A stretch of DNA of 63,473 nucleotides, filler included, from Globobulimina sp. (lineage: Eukaryota): the NCBI GenBank assembly GCA_003354225.1. It is 57 parts of 57 records of this genome, joined end to end, with 100 filler letters (N's around TTAATTAATTAA, not from the genome) between each part and the next. Parts side by side here need not be neighbours in the genome. Positions count along the whole stretch, not along the records: positions 1 to 1,017 come from PIVH01025716.1; positions 1,118 to 2,133 come from PIVH01025717.1; positions 2,234 to 3,249 come from PIVH01025718.1; positions 3,350 to 4,365 come from PIVH01025719.1; positions 4,466 to 5,481 come from PIVH01025720.1; positions 5,582 to 6,597 come from PIVH01025721.1; positions 6,698 to 7,713 come from PIVH01025722.1; positions 7,814 to 8,829 come from PIVH01025723.1; 49 more parts are not named here. One strand, given 5' to 3'. Below are positions 1-11,280 of this stretch, piece after piece (position 1 is the first letter of the stretch; each line of letters starts with the position of its first letter). The position numbers were made by a program, and so were the translations under genes. Below the pieces are notes generated by a model that saw nothing but the letters and a program-made list of their open reading frames with translations, had not been told where the DNA came from and searched no databases.

Positions 1-62
1 TATTATATATTAGTAAAAAAATGCGTGACATGTGCTCCATTCTATAAATATATTAGTACAAC

Positions 63-115
63 TAATATATATATTAGTACTAATATGCGTACCTCTTATC
101 GGGAACACTACTGTA
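63..115 (-). mobile_element. Terminal repeat of a Tc1/mariner-like DNA transposon or MITE (copy 1)
   Basis: Reverse complement of 35515-35567 with one mismatch. Reads TA|CAGTAGTGTTCCCGATAAGAG from the outside in, i.e. a TA target plus CAGT terminus. Confidence 0.7.
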
Positions 116-1017
116 TCTTGGTAAAATCCACATAAATGTCCGGAAAATTGGCAAAAATATATACAGATTTTCATTGATACAAACACATATATGTAATGCC
201 AACTACAAACACATTTTCATTGATTTTTCCAACATGTTTGAAACCAACGATTTTATCCAATGTAGGACTATATGCTGCAGTTTCAATAGTTGGAAACCAT
301 GATATACTATTCACCAAATCTCCTTGAGTAAAAAACATTGGTGGTATTCCAATAAAAATAATAATGGTGTGATATTATATATGATCCTGTTCACTACGTA
401 ACAATGTTTCCAAATGGAGATCATGTGTGGGGTCCAGATTGGTATAGACCCATCCTATCCTATATACCCAACAGTAAATCCAACAATAGACCCAACATAT
501 ATCTTAACCAACAATTTTTATTGAACAATTTTTATTGATCAAATAGTGGCAAAATTATTTCATTTTTGTATATATTACTTTTGACGGATTTCCGATGTAT
601 ACATATTATTAGTTGTTGATAAATATGTGTACACTTTATCCACTATTACAGGAAATATAAATACGTGGGTTTTGTTCATCATCAGGTGTTTTACGACGAA
701 TTTTACCCTGGATTCAGTACATCATATACGGCCGGATTTTGAGTTCAAAGTATTTTAGTTCAACGCATTCCCGCCAATTGTTAACTCGTATAATGTTTGC
801 GTTGAACTACATCATGGGACAAACATTTTAAAAAACTACATCATGGTCACTTATTGCAACATTTTATCGAAATTTAATGAACATGATATATTTATAATTT
901 CAACTATGTATTGGGCTCCAAATAATTTACAACAAGCAATGCACATTGCGAACATTACACATTTGGATTTAATATGAATTTAATGGATTTAATATTTAGT
1001 GGATATATTAAATCCAC

Positions 1018-1117
1018 NNNNNNNNNNNNNNNNNNNNNNNNNNNNNNNNNNNNNNNNNNNNTTAATTAATTAANNNNNNNNNNNNNNNNNNNNNNNNNNN
1101 NNNNNNNNNNNNNNNNN
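1018..1117. other. Artificial contig-joining spacer (first of 56 identical ones)
   Basis: 44 N + TTAATTAATTAA + 44 N recurs every 1114-1116 bp. Contig lengths plus 56x100 bp sum exactly to 63473. Confidence 0.99.
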
Positions 1118-1267
1118 AAAAGTGATCGTTTCGCCGGGATAGCGATGGTAAAAATCTACAACGTGACCGATCACAGCCGGCCCTGATTCTGGGTCGGGCA
1201 TACGTTCAGACGGGGTCTGAGGGGTATCCCTTATCGCTTCAGGGGTTATGGTTTCAGTCCCAGTCAT
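1118..1267 (-). CDS. Bacterial hypothetical protein, N-terminal fragment (possibly tail/baseplate operon)
   Basis: ATG overlaps the upstream stop (GAGAATGACTGGGACTGA), with purine-rich GGAAGAGG upstream. GC-richer than the rest of the contig. Confidence 0.5.
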
Positions 1268-1831
1268 TCTCGCCCTCTTCCAGGTCCGTAATTATGATTT
1301 CATGATCAAGAGAAGACAGCAACGTATCGGCCCTAACTCGAACGATCTTTTGCTTAACCGGCGTCAGTTCTTCCTCAATCACTGTTCTCTCAAACAACTC
1401 TGCCATTTGATGGCTAATTTTATCACCTAAAATATTTATGAAATATTCGTCAATTTGTTGAGTTACATATTTGATTCTATCTCGAAACAGTTCATCAGAT
1501 ATTGCATGGATTTGTGGGCAAATACACTGTCTTAGTCTTTTATATTCACAGTGTTTCTGTTCAATGTTTATGATTTTTAAGTGCTTGAATAGTACTATTT
1601 TACAACAACAGTTATCATATCCATTGTGAATATCGTCCCAAATATCGATCCATTCGTCAAACTTCAACAACAAAAAAGAATAAACCATATAAAATGAAGT
1701 TGTACGTCTCTGCGATATGAACAAACCTGATGTAATTTGAAATATTGTTTAATCTGTGTTGCGAACTTAGTACCGAATTCATGCGCAATTCTTTGTTCTA
1801 GTTCGTTAATATTCTGTGGTATTGATGACAT
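1254..1831 (-). CDS. Spliced eukaryotic hypothetical gene running in frame into a bacterial C-terminus (probable chimera)
   Basis: Exon 1727-1831 (MSSIPQN...KLHQ), GT-AG intron 1662-1726, then FDEWIDIWDD... Composition switches near 1400 to a bacterial-style tail (...VRVRADTLLSSLDHEIII...). Confidence 0.5.
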
Positions 1832-2235
1832 TCTACACCATCATCATTATCAAAATTAATGCAAAGGTTTTCCAGTTTTTATGATTTAGTTTTTTTGCGA
1901 AAGATAGTCATAAATTAAACCAGTATCACAAAGACATTCAAAACAAAATAATAATTAAAGTTCTTATTTAATATTATATTTTCACGTTTTATCCACCACA
2001 GCCACCTCCACAACCGCCGCCACAGCCACCTCCGCAATGCTTTGAAATTGGTATCTTTCCAAATTATTTCGGTGCTGCCTTGCTTTGTAGGCAATAAATT
2101 GGATAACTTCCATGGCCATTTATGTCGGCAAAGNNNNNNNNNNNNNNNNNNNNNNNNNNNNNNNNNNNNNNNNNNNNTTAATTAATTAANNNNNNNNNNN
2201 NNNNNNNNNNNNNNNNNNNNNNNNNNNNNNNNNGT

Positions 2236-2820
2236 CTCACTTTATATGCAAATGGATTTCAGCAAATATTTTCGTTGTCTTTGAATAGATTCAAACAGTA
2301 TGATTTTGAAATTGTTGATGAAAAACAGTTTAAAAAGAGACAGAACGGTACGAATAGCAATGGCAATGATAATGGGGATCATGGATCGTTTGTGGATATT
2401 TTGATTACATCATCGCAACCAACGTTTGATGCATTATCACAAAAATTGACCACTACCAATTTTGATCGGATTTTAATTAAAATGTTGTCATATTATTTAG
2501 GCGAGTTGGAAAGATTTGTGTTGAATCATAAATTTACATTTTGGGGTGGTATGCAATTTGATAAATATAGACAAGAATTAAAATCTTATTTTAATCAATT
2601 GACGACTACCACCACCACATTTGGTCATCAATTCAGTCGGATACGGTGTATTGCGCAAATATTACAATTTTCCAATATGAATGAAGCGGTCAATTATGTA
2701 AATGATGATATTTATATTACAAATGCTACGGATCAATCGTTCACTGTGGATGAAATAAAAAAGATTCTAGCTTTAAGAATAGAATTTAATCAAAATCATA
2801 TTCAACAACTTAAACTTTGA
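2236..2820 (+). CDS. COG4: Conserved oligomeric Golgi complex subunit 4, C-terminal part
   Basis: FTFWGGMQFDK...FSRIRCIAQIL...FTVDEIKKILALRIEF...IQQLKL* matches the COG4 C-terminus. Frame is open from the contig start and ends at TGA. Confidence 0.85.
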   Translation, partial: LTLYANGFQQIFSLSLNRFKQYDFEIVDEKQFKKRQNGTNSNGNDNGDHGSFVDILITSSQPTFDALSQKLTTTNFDRILIKMLSYYLGELERFVLNHKFTFWGGMQFDKYRQELKSYFNQLTTTTTTFGHQFSRIRCIAQILQFSNMNEAVNYVNDDIYITNATDQSFTVDEIKKILALRIEFNQNHIQQLKL

Positions 2821-3532
2821 TTGTTAGTGACTAAGACTTGTCTGTTTGTCTGTCTCTGTTAACCGTATCTTGAAATGAGGACGTTAAAAATTGGTACTTT
2901 AATAACGGAAAGCACAACACAAGCACAAAAAATATTAATACAACACAAACATTATTGAAATGAGTACACTTAAATACAACACAAAAATATTAATATATAT
3001 TTAAACATGATTGTCATATACAATATGTATCCCATCCTTGTCAAGATCGACATCGTTATCATTGTCCGATTTAGATCCCCCACCAACATCACGTACATTA
3101 ACGTGAATATTTTTATCCACCATCAATCTCCAAAATTGTCGGGCTGCTTTTGAGCGTGATTTACCACCACAAACAATAAATTCATTAAATGATTTATTAC
3201 TTATCAATGTAACACCACGTTTTATTGTGATTGTAATATCTAATATTTCNNNNNNNNNNNNNNNNNNNNNNNNNNNNNNNNNNNNNNNNNNNNTTAATTA
3301 ATTAANNNNNNNNNNNNNNNNNNNNNNNNNNNNNNNNNNNNNNNNNNNNTTTGAATGTGATGATGATAAAACTACTCCCGTTTTCCATTCATTTTTGTAT
3401 TTCAATTTGATCACTGAATTCTCTTCAAACATAGATTTTGATTGTAACGGATCGAGTGGCCTTGCAGTAATTGTCTGATTAGTTTAATAATTAAATTAAC
3501 ACAAAAGTTTTTACTTTATATAGCCTTTAACC

Positions 3533-4365
3533 ATGGAACAGTTAATTCGGTTTCGGTTGCTCGCGGATTCATTATTACAAAATGAGTTCGATGCATTTGT
3601 CCAGGTCGCAAATTTAAATGTAAGAAGCCTTGTTTTAAATGGATTATTCCATTCATTTCGTACACAAATGCAAACCGATTCAGATAATACGAAATTGAAA
3701 GAAACGACAGAAATAATCTCAACAATAATCCGATCAAGAAATGCCAAACAATTAAAACAAATTGAATCATTAAAAAAAGAGCCCACAAAATTATCAATAA
3801 ATGATTTACCATTTTCACTCATTGGGGAATGTGCCTCTTTTTTACCATTTATTGATTATAATTCATTACAAAATGTGTCAAGATCTGTATTTATTGGCTG
3901 TAATGACCCAAATACAGTCACAACAATTGATGGAGAAATATTTACAAGAAATTATAAATCAAAACAACATTTACAATTAGTAAAATATAAAAAAGTAATT
4001 AATTTTGAAATTAGTATATATTGTATTGCAAAAATGAAATCAATTCATAATTTATCATTATCACAAGATACGAAATCATTATTATTGCGTGACATCGATA
4101 CAAAGAGCACGAAGAAATGTTTGAATGTGAAATGTTTCAATTTTGATAGGATTGAAATACTTAAAATTCAAATTACTATTAACACATTTGGTGCTAACAC
4201 ATTTTGTGAGTTATTAAAACGTTTCAAAAATATAAAATTTTTAGAAGTTATTTGTGGACAAATAATTACACTCCAAGGTTTTAAATCAATTTTTGATAAT
4301 AAACAGTTTAGAAACAAAATATTTAATAATTTACAAGGTTTAGCGTTCTTTGCCAGGGAGGATGA
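3533..4365 (+). CDS. F-box-like domain protein followed by LRR-like region (partial)
   Basis: INDLPFSLIGECASFLPFIDYNSLQNVSR is an F-box-like motif. Confidence 0.65.
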
Positions 4366-5581
4366 NNNNNNNNNNNNNNNNNNNNNNNNNNNNNNNNNNN
4401 NNNNNNNNNTTAATTAATTAANNNNNNNNNNNNNNNNNNNNNNNNNNNNNNNNNNNNNNNNNNNNAGCTGTTGATATCCAAAATCTATTATTTGTTGTAA
4501 CACGAGGTGTTACCTTTTGTGCACATTGTCTTTTATTCCCTCTATTACCACGCCATTGTAAGCTTTTTACATTTTCATATGACTGTGCTGGACACGCAGA
4601 TACTTTATGTGATTGCGGGAATGTTTTATTTAGAGTGTGCATTCGGAGTTGGTTCGTTTGTATATTGTTTATCATTTTTATCACATCGATTGTTATAAAA
4701 CGGATGGCGATGGCATGGTTTCTGTTTTTTTTGATTATTCACTTTGTAATTTCCTGGCCTATTCTTTCTTTTTCTCGCGTTGATTCTAGTTTTCATTTAA
4801 TTTGCAAACATCAAAATAAACAAATAAAAGTAAAATAAAACTATTATAAACTTATGATCTTTGGTCCATTGTTGGTATAAATCAGGAGCGCTTTGTTGAT
4901 ATGCATCTGGAAAATAATGTGGCGATGGAGGTTTTTGGGCCAATGGTTGGTCAGTATCAAATGCATATGGTTGATACGAATGGAAAGGTGGTATATGATG
5001 TATAATTCTTATCATTTGAATGTGTAGGTTTTCAGTATACAAAAAATACAAAACACAAACAGAAATTATCGATTCTTAACATTATTATTGGAGTTATTAT
5101 TTGATTGATTATTTGATTTATTATTTGAATTTGTTTGATTGCAGTTATTATTGGCGTTGTTACTTCCATTTAGTTCAAATGACATAGCGGCTATTTAATT
5201 GCGATTGGATGTTTGTTGCAACTCTTAATTAAATGTTTGTTATTTGTTTGTGGTGTTTATTTCTAAGAGAGGTCAATTTAAACAGTATAGGTTAAGTGTC
5301 CGATGTTTCGACAGTAAAGTGGAATTAAACTAACAAAAATCAGAAAACTAAGCCCGAGAAGAAATGAGAGTATAAAAAATTGGCGTTACTGGTGTTAAGA
5401 AATTGATAAAAAATAAAATGAATATGGACTAAACGATACATTCCAAAATATACCCCCCCCCCACCCTGTTTGGATAACCCCNNNNNNNNNNNNNNNNNNN
5501 NNNNNNNNNNNNNNNNNNNNNNNNNTTAATTAATTAANNNNNNNNNNNNNNNNNNNNNNNNNNNNNNNNNNNNNNNNNNNN

Positions 5582-5809
5582 ATTCTGAATCTTGGTGTTT
5601 TCCTTCTGTTCTAACTCGAGTTTTTCGATATCAGCCGCGTGCGAATCATGCCGGTCGGCGTGATGATTCAACACCTTTTCGCTGATAATCTTCAGTTCTG
5701 TGATGGCGTAATTAGCTGCCTTCATTTCAGAAACTCCGTCTTTGAAATCGGTCTTCATCTCCGTGACCTCGCGTTCTAGAGCGCGCATTCTAGGCTCCCA
5801 CGATTCCAT
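5582..5809 (-). CDS. Phage-like coiled-coil protein (possibly holin/XhlA-like), N-terminal part
   Basis: SD-like AGGGTGG upstream of ATG. Coiled-coil RMRALEREVTEMK. Intronless, tightly packed genes. Confidence 0.45.
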
Positions 5810-5872
5810 TTTAATACCACCCTAAAAAGCCGCGTTGATTTAAGTTTAGCTTAGTCTATTTTATCAGCAATT

Positions 5873-6394
5873 TTATCCGCCTTCCTTATTTCTCTGATCT
5901 CTTTTATAACGTAAATCAATGATCCCAGCATGAAGATCATTAATATCGGAAACAGTATTGGTGCTACGTCTAAGGGGTCCATTGATTCCACCAGCAATAA
6001 GTACTACACATTTTGCAATAAATATACCAATCAGAGTCAGTCGGTAAATACCGAAATCCTCAAACCGATACTCCAAAAAAACTGTAAAAAACTCGCTGTT
6101 TGTAAATCTAATTACCCATTCGGCCATACACCCGCCGAGATGAACGGTAAGGGCCGCTATTTGTAGCTGCATGAGTGCCAAGGCATATTTTTCTGCCATG
6201 CCGTCCCATGTTGCAACGACATAGATCAAACCTAATGCGACCATGTCGAATGTAAAACCGCTAAAATATCTTAAAAACCAAAATGGCGTCCCTTCAATAC
6301 CAGTATAAACAATAGTGAAATCTATGATTTGCGTACATACCAGTATAGATACAATCGATAAATATATATAAATGCTATTTCTTGTTGCGACCAC
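5873..6394 (-). CDS. Phage/bacterial multi-pass membrane protein
   Basis: About four hydrophobic segments. Likely GTG start at 6394, overlapping the upstream basic protein's stop (the ORF track starts at 6499). Confidence 0.55.
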   Translation of the reverse strand: MVATRNSIYIYLSIVSILVCTQIIDFTIVYTGIEGTPFWFLRYFSGFTFDMVALGLIYVVATWDGMAEKYALALMQLQIAALTVHLGGCMAEWVIRFTNSEFFTVFLEYRFEDFGIYRLTLIGIFIAKCVVLIAGGINGPLRRSTNTVSDINDLHAGIIDLRYKRDQRNKEGG

Positions 6395-6596
6395 TCGATT
6401 TGCCCTTACTTTTGGTGGGTGTGGGTGTTGGTGTGGTCGATGACTTTGGTTTTCTAGTACCGTGACCAACGCCTTTGAATCTTCTGATATTTTGGACATC
6501 TGCTGATCCGTTTAATGCGCCAGAACTTGCCAGTTCCATCGACTTAGCCTTAGCTTTGGTTTTGGCCTTGGCTTTAGCTTTTGATTTTGCTTTAGA
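6375..6596 (-). CDS. Lys/Ala-rich basic protein, C-terminal part (not in ORF track)
   Basis: SKAKSKAKAKAKTKAKAKSMELASS...KSKGKSSGRNKK*, open from the contig end. Confidence 0.55.
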   Translation of the reverse strand, partial: SKAKSKAKAKAKTKAKAKSMELASSGALNGSADVQNIRRFKGVGHGTRKPKSSTTPTPTPTKSKGKSSGRNKK

Positions 6597-6697
6597 TNNN
6601 NNNNNNNNNNNNNNNNNNNNNNNNNNNNNNNNNNNNNNNNNTTAATTAATTAANNNNNNNNNNNNNNNNNNNNNNNNNNNNNNNNNNNNNNNNNNNN

Positions 6698-7713
6698 CCG
6701 CACATCCATGACATCGCCGAATGGTCCTTTTAATACAGTTTCTGTTTCGTCATCGAGCGGATCTATACATTTATCAAAATACGCCGCTGGAATCTCATTG
6801 ACATTTAATTGTAAACCTGATATTTTTATATTTGACATTCGCACGTTTTCTCCATTACCAATATCATTTTGGCTTTGGCCAAAGCCACCAACTGCCCCAC
6901 CCCGCGAATTTAATATGATTCCATAAATGGAAGAACCGTCAGATATTTCCATTGGATTTGTATAGAAATCTAAACTGATATCATACAATTCGTGGTTGCG
7001 ATCCTCATCAGTTGTTTCGCCTAAAAACGAGCGATATGCAATGTCTAATGAGGCTATTAAATCACTATAAATCTCGGTTATACTCTTACTACGGCCACCA
7101 TTAAATGTCAAGCTGTAGTTTTCAGTGTCAAAGTCGGTGTCGGACTCAAGGATTTTATACAAAGCAAGACTTAGAAACTTCCCATTTGAATAATAACCGC
7201 ATGCTATGTATATATTATGGCGCAAAGTTAGTTACAACTTACAAGTGAGCAACATGTGACATTGCGTTTAAGCTTGATTTCCAAGCTAAGGATTTTCACT
7301 CAAAACATTTTGAAAATGTGTTTTGTTTTTGGTACAAAAAATGCTTAACGTTTGACTTGTGTTGATGAAGGACCAATAATTAAATTATGCATTGTTAGAT
7401 TATTGAATCCATTAAATTGAATTCCTGCAGTCTCAAAATCGCGGATTCTTAGATTTTCGATGGTAATATTTTGGGCGTCGTTTGAATGTATTCCGGAATG
7501 CGATGATAAACCTAACACACCGTCATGAACATATATATTTCGAACGACACTATTTTCACCAAAATCAGCTGGACCTTGACCTGTCATCAATTTGTTGTGT
7601 ATAAAAAACGAATTTAAACTCGTCCGCACTTATAAATAAAAGAAGAAAAGATAACAAATATACGATAATTACCTGTAATAAACGGGGTATTCCCAATCTC
7701 AATGATGGTAAAC
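6698..7713 (-). CDS. Right-handed beta-helix (pectin-lyase-like) protein, internal three-exon fragment
   Basis: Introns 7581-7672 and 7204-7349 join ...TPFITGQGPADFG...SSHSGIHSNDAQNITIENLRIRDFETAGIQFNG...VKPCGYYSNG in frame. Confidence 0.7.
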
Positions 7714-7814
7714 NNNNNNNNNNNNNNNNNNNNNNNNNNNNNNNNNNNNNNNNNNNNTTAATTAATTAANNNNNNNNNNNNNNNNNNNNNNNNNNNNNNN
7801 NNNNNNNNNNNNNC

Positions 7815-8829
7815 TTGGATTTATACGGCACCATTCCTACTAAATTGCAATTGGGAGACATTGATTACTTGACGCTGCATAATAATCGATTAAGTGGATA
7901 CATACCAGAACATTTCAAGGCTGTTCCAACAGATACAAACATCACAACTTCCGCGGTCGTGTTGCTGGGCAACTTATTATGGACGCGGGCATTGTCGCCG
8001 CCGGAATGGGTCAATTCCAAATTGCGAACTGCGGTCAATATGTATTATACACCATATCAGCAGTTCGAGGGATATCTGGTTGTATTGGTTGGATTTATAG
8101 GTATTGCCGTTGGCATTTTGTATGTGTTAATGCACGGTTGGTTTGAACGGAAATGGTTCCATCATCAACGACAATTATTTGAAAAGAAATTAGCAACAAT
8201 TTTATTTTTTGATACAATGCAAACTTTGAGACGCTTGTTCGCCGGAACTGATCTGATATTATTTATTTGTACATTGATTTTGCTCGTTTTTTACGCGTTT
8301 ACCAGCAAATATTATGCCAAAGTTCCGGTAGAATCTAAATTTTCATTGCCTTGGTATTGGATTAATCCACAAAATGGTTCTACAGTGCCGTATATTGTCA
8401 ATGTTATTTTATTTGTGTTGTGTGTGTTGTTTAATTGGTTGTTGTTGAGATTGGTGAATGATTTAAATCGATTGAATAAACAAACAAAGCAAGAAATGAA
8501 AGCAAATAAAATCGAATTTAAATCACAGTTAAAGTTGAAGTTAAAGCAATCAATGGAATGGCAAGCAATACCAAATACTCCCAACACTCCGGATGTTGGT
8601 GACGAGCAACAGTTAAAATCTGGTATGAAACCAGGTGATTTTTTACCAAATGGATGGCGTATTGGCATTACAAATGATGGCCGGACATATTATATCAATG
8701 ATATTACAAAGGAGACAGAATGGAGTAAGCCAGAGATTCTTCCCAATGGTTGGTCTATTCGATATACACAAGATAACAGACTTTATTATCAAAATAATAT
8801 CACTAAAAAAACACAATGGGAAAGGCCGC
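7815..8829 (+). CDS. LRR receptor-like membrane protein with three TM helices and two tandem WW domains (partial)
   Basis: LYGTIP...LHNNRLSGYIP (plant-type LRR), three hydrophobic helices, then LPNGW...YY.N.ITK.T.W..P twice. Confidence 0.8.
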
Positions 8830-8978
8830 NNNNNNNNNNNNNNNNNNNNNNNNNNNNNNNNNNNNNNNNNNNNTTAATTAATTAANNNNNNNNNNNNNNN
8901 NNNNNNNNNNNNNNNNNNNNNNNNNNNNNATTAAATTTGAAATTAAATAAATAAAATTTTTGTCTTATGGGGGGAAGA

Positions 8979-9137
8979 ATGGATAAATGTTGTAAAAATG
9001 AATTGTGTGAAATAAAGTATAAATGTTATCGATATACTGCACCTGATTCTATTTCTTTACAAACATATACAACATTTAATACTGGCATTGTTAAAAATAT
9101 AAAAAATTGTATGTGGTTTTGGAGTAATGGGGAATAA
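8979..9137 (+). CDS. Small Cys-rich phage-type protein, 52 aa (not in ORF track)
   Basis: MDKCCKNELCEIKYKCYRYTAP...CMWFW, with SD GGGGGG upstream. Resembles a common phage small-protein family (CYRYTA motif; recollection). Confidence 0.7.
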   Translation: MDKCCKNELCEIKYKCYRYTAPDSISLQTYTTFNTGIVKNIKNCMWFWSNGE

Positions 9138-9161
9138 AAACTATGTCTTAATGAGGAAAGA

Positions 9162-9341
9162 ATGAAAAATAATTATGAAAAAAAAGCTAAAGAAGCTTTA
9201 ATTTTAGCTAGAAAATTAGCTTCAGCAACGCGCCATTTATTAAATTCGGATATGCATAATCTAGGAGAAGAAATTGAAAATTTGACAAGAGCATTAAAGA
9301 ACTATAATAATTATATTTCTGAATGGAACAATGAAAAATAA
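9162..9341 (+). CDS. Small phage-type hypothetical protein, 59 aa (not in ORF track)
   Basis: SD GAGG upstream. MKNNYEKKAKEALILARKLAS...WNNEK*. Confidence 0.65.
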   Translation: MKNNYEKKAKEALILARKLASATRHLLNSDMHNLGEEIENLTRALKNYNNYISEWNNEK

Positions 9342-9367
9342 ATAATTTATGTCTTATGGAGGGGATA

Positions 9368-9421
9368 ATGACACAAATAGCTGAATTATTATTTAATCAA
9401 ATTAAGGATTATTATAAATGA
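9368..9421 (+). CDS. 17-aa mini-ORF translationally coupled to the next gene
   Basis: Strong SD GGAGG. MTQIAELLFNQIKDYYK*, with ATGA overlap into 9418. Confidence 0.45.
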   Translation: MTQIAELLFNQIKDYYK

Positions 9422-9609
9422 AACCTGAAAATAAACTTGAAAAATGTGAATGCGGTAGTAAAATAGTATCTGTAATTGATGAAAAGCACAAAAAAAATTA
9501 TATTAAATTTTGTTCTAAATGTAATAAAAGTTATGGTGTAGTAAAAAATATATATGCTGATAGTCGATACAATACTTGTAAAAAAAAAGGTGGTAAAAAT
9601 GTTAATTAA
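9418..9609 (+). CDS. Small zinc-ribbon-like phage protein
   Basis: KCECG...FCSKC motif. ATGA overlap upstream and overlap with the lipase start downstream. Confidence 0.6.
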   Translation: MKPENKLEKCECGSKIVSVIDEKHKKNYIKFCSKCNKSYGVVKNIYADSRYNTCKKKGGKNVN

Positions 9610-9945
9610 CAAATTAGAAAAAAAAATAGCAATCCAGGTATGTATTAATGCAAAGGGGGGCAAAGATGGTAAAGTCATAGAGGTTTTACATGAAGTTATT
9701 CAATTCAAAGAAAAAAATGTTGAGGGTCATTTCGGTCTTATAGGAGATAAAGTTTTTATCGTATTTGAAAGTACTGATGGCAGCATGGATTGGAAAGATA
9801 ATTTCAAGTTCCAGATGAAAAGCATGTATAATGCTGGAAAATATGGTAAGCGCGTCCGGATCCATACCGGATTCAAAAGACAATATGGTATCATAGCTGA
9901 AACTATAGAAACAATTTTAAAATCATTTATAAAAGATTATTCTAA
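9599..9945 (+). CDS. Lipase class 3 family protein, N-terminal part
   Basis: IVFEST...DWKDNF...VRIHTGFKRQY are Lipase_3 lid-region motifs. SD AAGGTGG before ATG 9599. Confidence 0.7.
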
Positions 9946-11280
9946 NNNNNNNNNNNNNNNNNNNNNNNNNNNNNNNNNNNNNNNNNNNNTTAATTAATTA
10001 ANNNNNNNNNNNNNNNNNNNNNNNNNNNNNNNNNNNNNNNNNNNNCGAATGTCTTACGCGTACTATTTACGTTTGTTTTATGTGTTTGGTTGCATTTAGT
10101 TACAATGTCATCATTGTTGTTATTATGCACTTCCTCGCATGATATGTTATTGGTGTTTAAGTGTTTGTTTTTGATCTGTGTCATTTGCTTGTTTTTTATG
10201 AGGGGTTGTTTAGGTGATTGATGCTTCATTGTTGTATGAAGTCTGGATAGATATTAAATTGTACGGTGTTTGCTTGTGTCCAGTCAATATAATCGAAAAA
10301 AATACAATCGCAGTCTTCAATAAATCGGCTGCAACTACGACACGAAGGAACGTATATACTATTCCAAACTCCAAAGGATATTTCGTTATCGATGTAGTAA
10401 CAGATCTCTTCGTACGGTGGCTGGTAACAATGACCTTCTACCGTCGAGTCGATAATATATTGAGTGATGTAATCGGCAAATTGTCGTCGATTATGATTCT
10501 CAGCGACAAGTAATGAGCGGGTCTCTTCGTACGACTCAATAGAACGCTGAACGCTAAGTTCGTTGTCTATTGGTATATATTGTACGATTTCGATTGCTAA
10601 TACTAAATCTATTGGCGAATACAATGTTAATGCTGCTAATTCAAATTGATATTCTTCGGTTATGCACTCGATGTGAGTGTTATAGCTCGTGTTATCCAGT
10701 TTGTCTATATTTGCTTTAAAAAATGTGGCGAGGGTATGTTCTTAGTGAAAGTTAGTGAAAGTTACATTCTCTTTTCTTTATTTTATCGACAGCTATTATG
10801 GGAGGAAGAATATGTGAACCAAAAAACATATTTTTTTATTTATTTATTTAGTTTTTTATTATTATTTGTTTTTGATTTGTTGCGACTGTATTATTTTATT
10901 TGGTTTTTTGTTATCTATTTTTATTGTGTTATATTTTGCAGGAGTTTCTGCACAGATCAAAATAATTTGTGTTAAGAAAAAAACATATGTTGGGGGGAGA
11001 GTGTTGGCCGTTAAATCCTTTCTGGAGACAAGCCGAAAAAGATGCGACCCACCGACTTTAANNNNNNNNNNNNNNNNNNNNNNNNNNNNNNNNNNNNNNN
11101 NNNNNTTAATTAATTAANNNNNNNNNNNNNNNNNNNNNNNNNNNNNNNNNNNNNNNNNNNNAAACGCATAAGTGTCAAACCACGAACCCCACAAAAACAA
11201 CGGTATATATTACGTAAATTATCCTGCGCAAAATCGAAAAAAAAAAAATATTCCACTCAAAAACGAATAATATAACATTC

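Noticed and set aside
676-690. CTGATGA on the minus strand as a third hammerhead
   Set aside because: No stem II or GAAA box follows.
1062-1073. Regularly spaced TTAATTAATTAA as a biological repeat or CRISPR-like array
   Set aside because: It is always embedded in 44+44 N and is a six-frame-stop linker added during concatenation. ORFs ending in X...LIN or X...N are artefacts of it.
2818-2820. Genome-wide UGA reassignment in the dominant eukaryote
   Set aside because: COG4 ends with TGA exactly at its conserved C-terminus. The in-frame TGAs fall at Cys-like and Gly positions inconsistently and on unlinked contigs.
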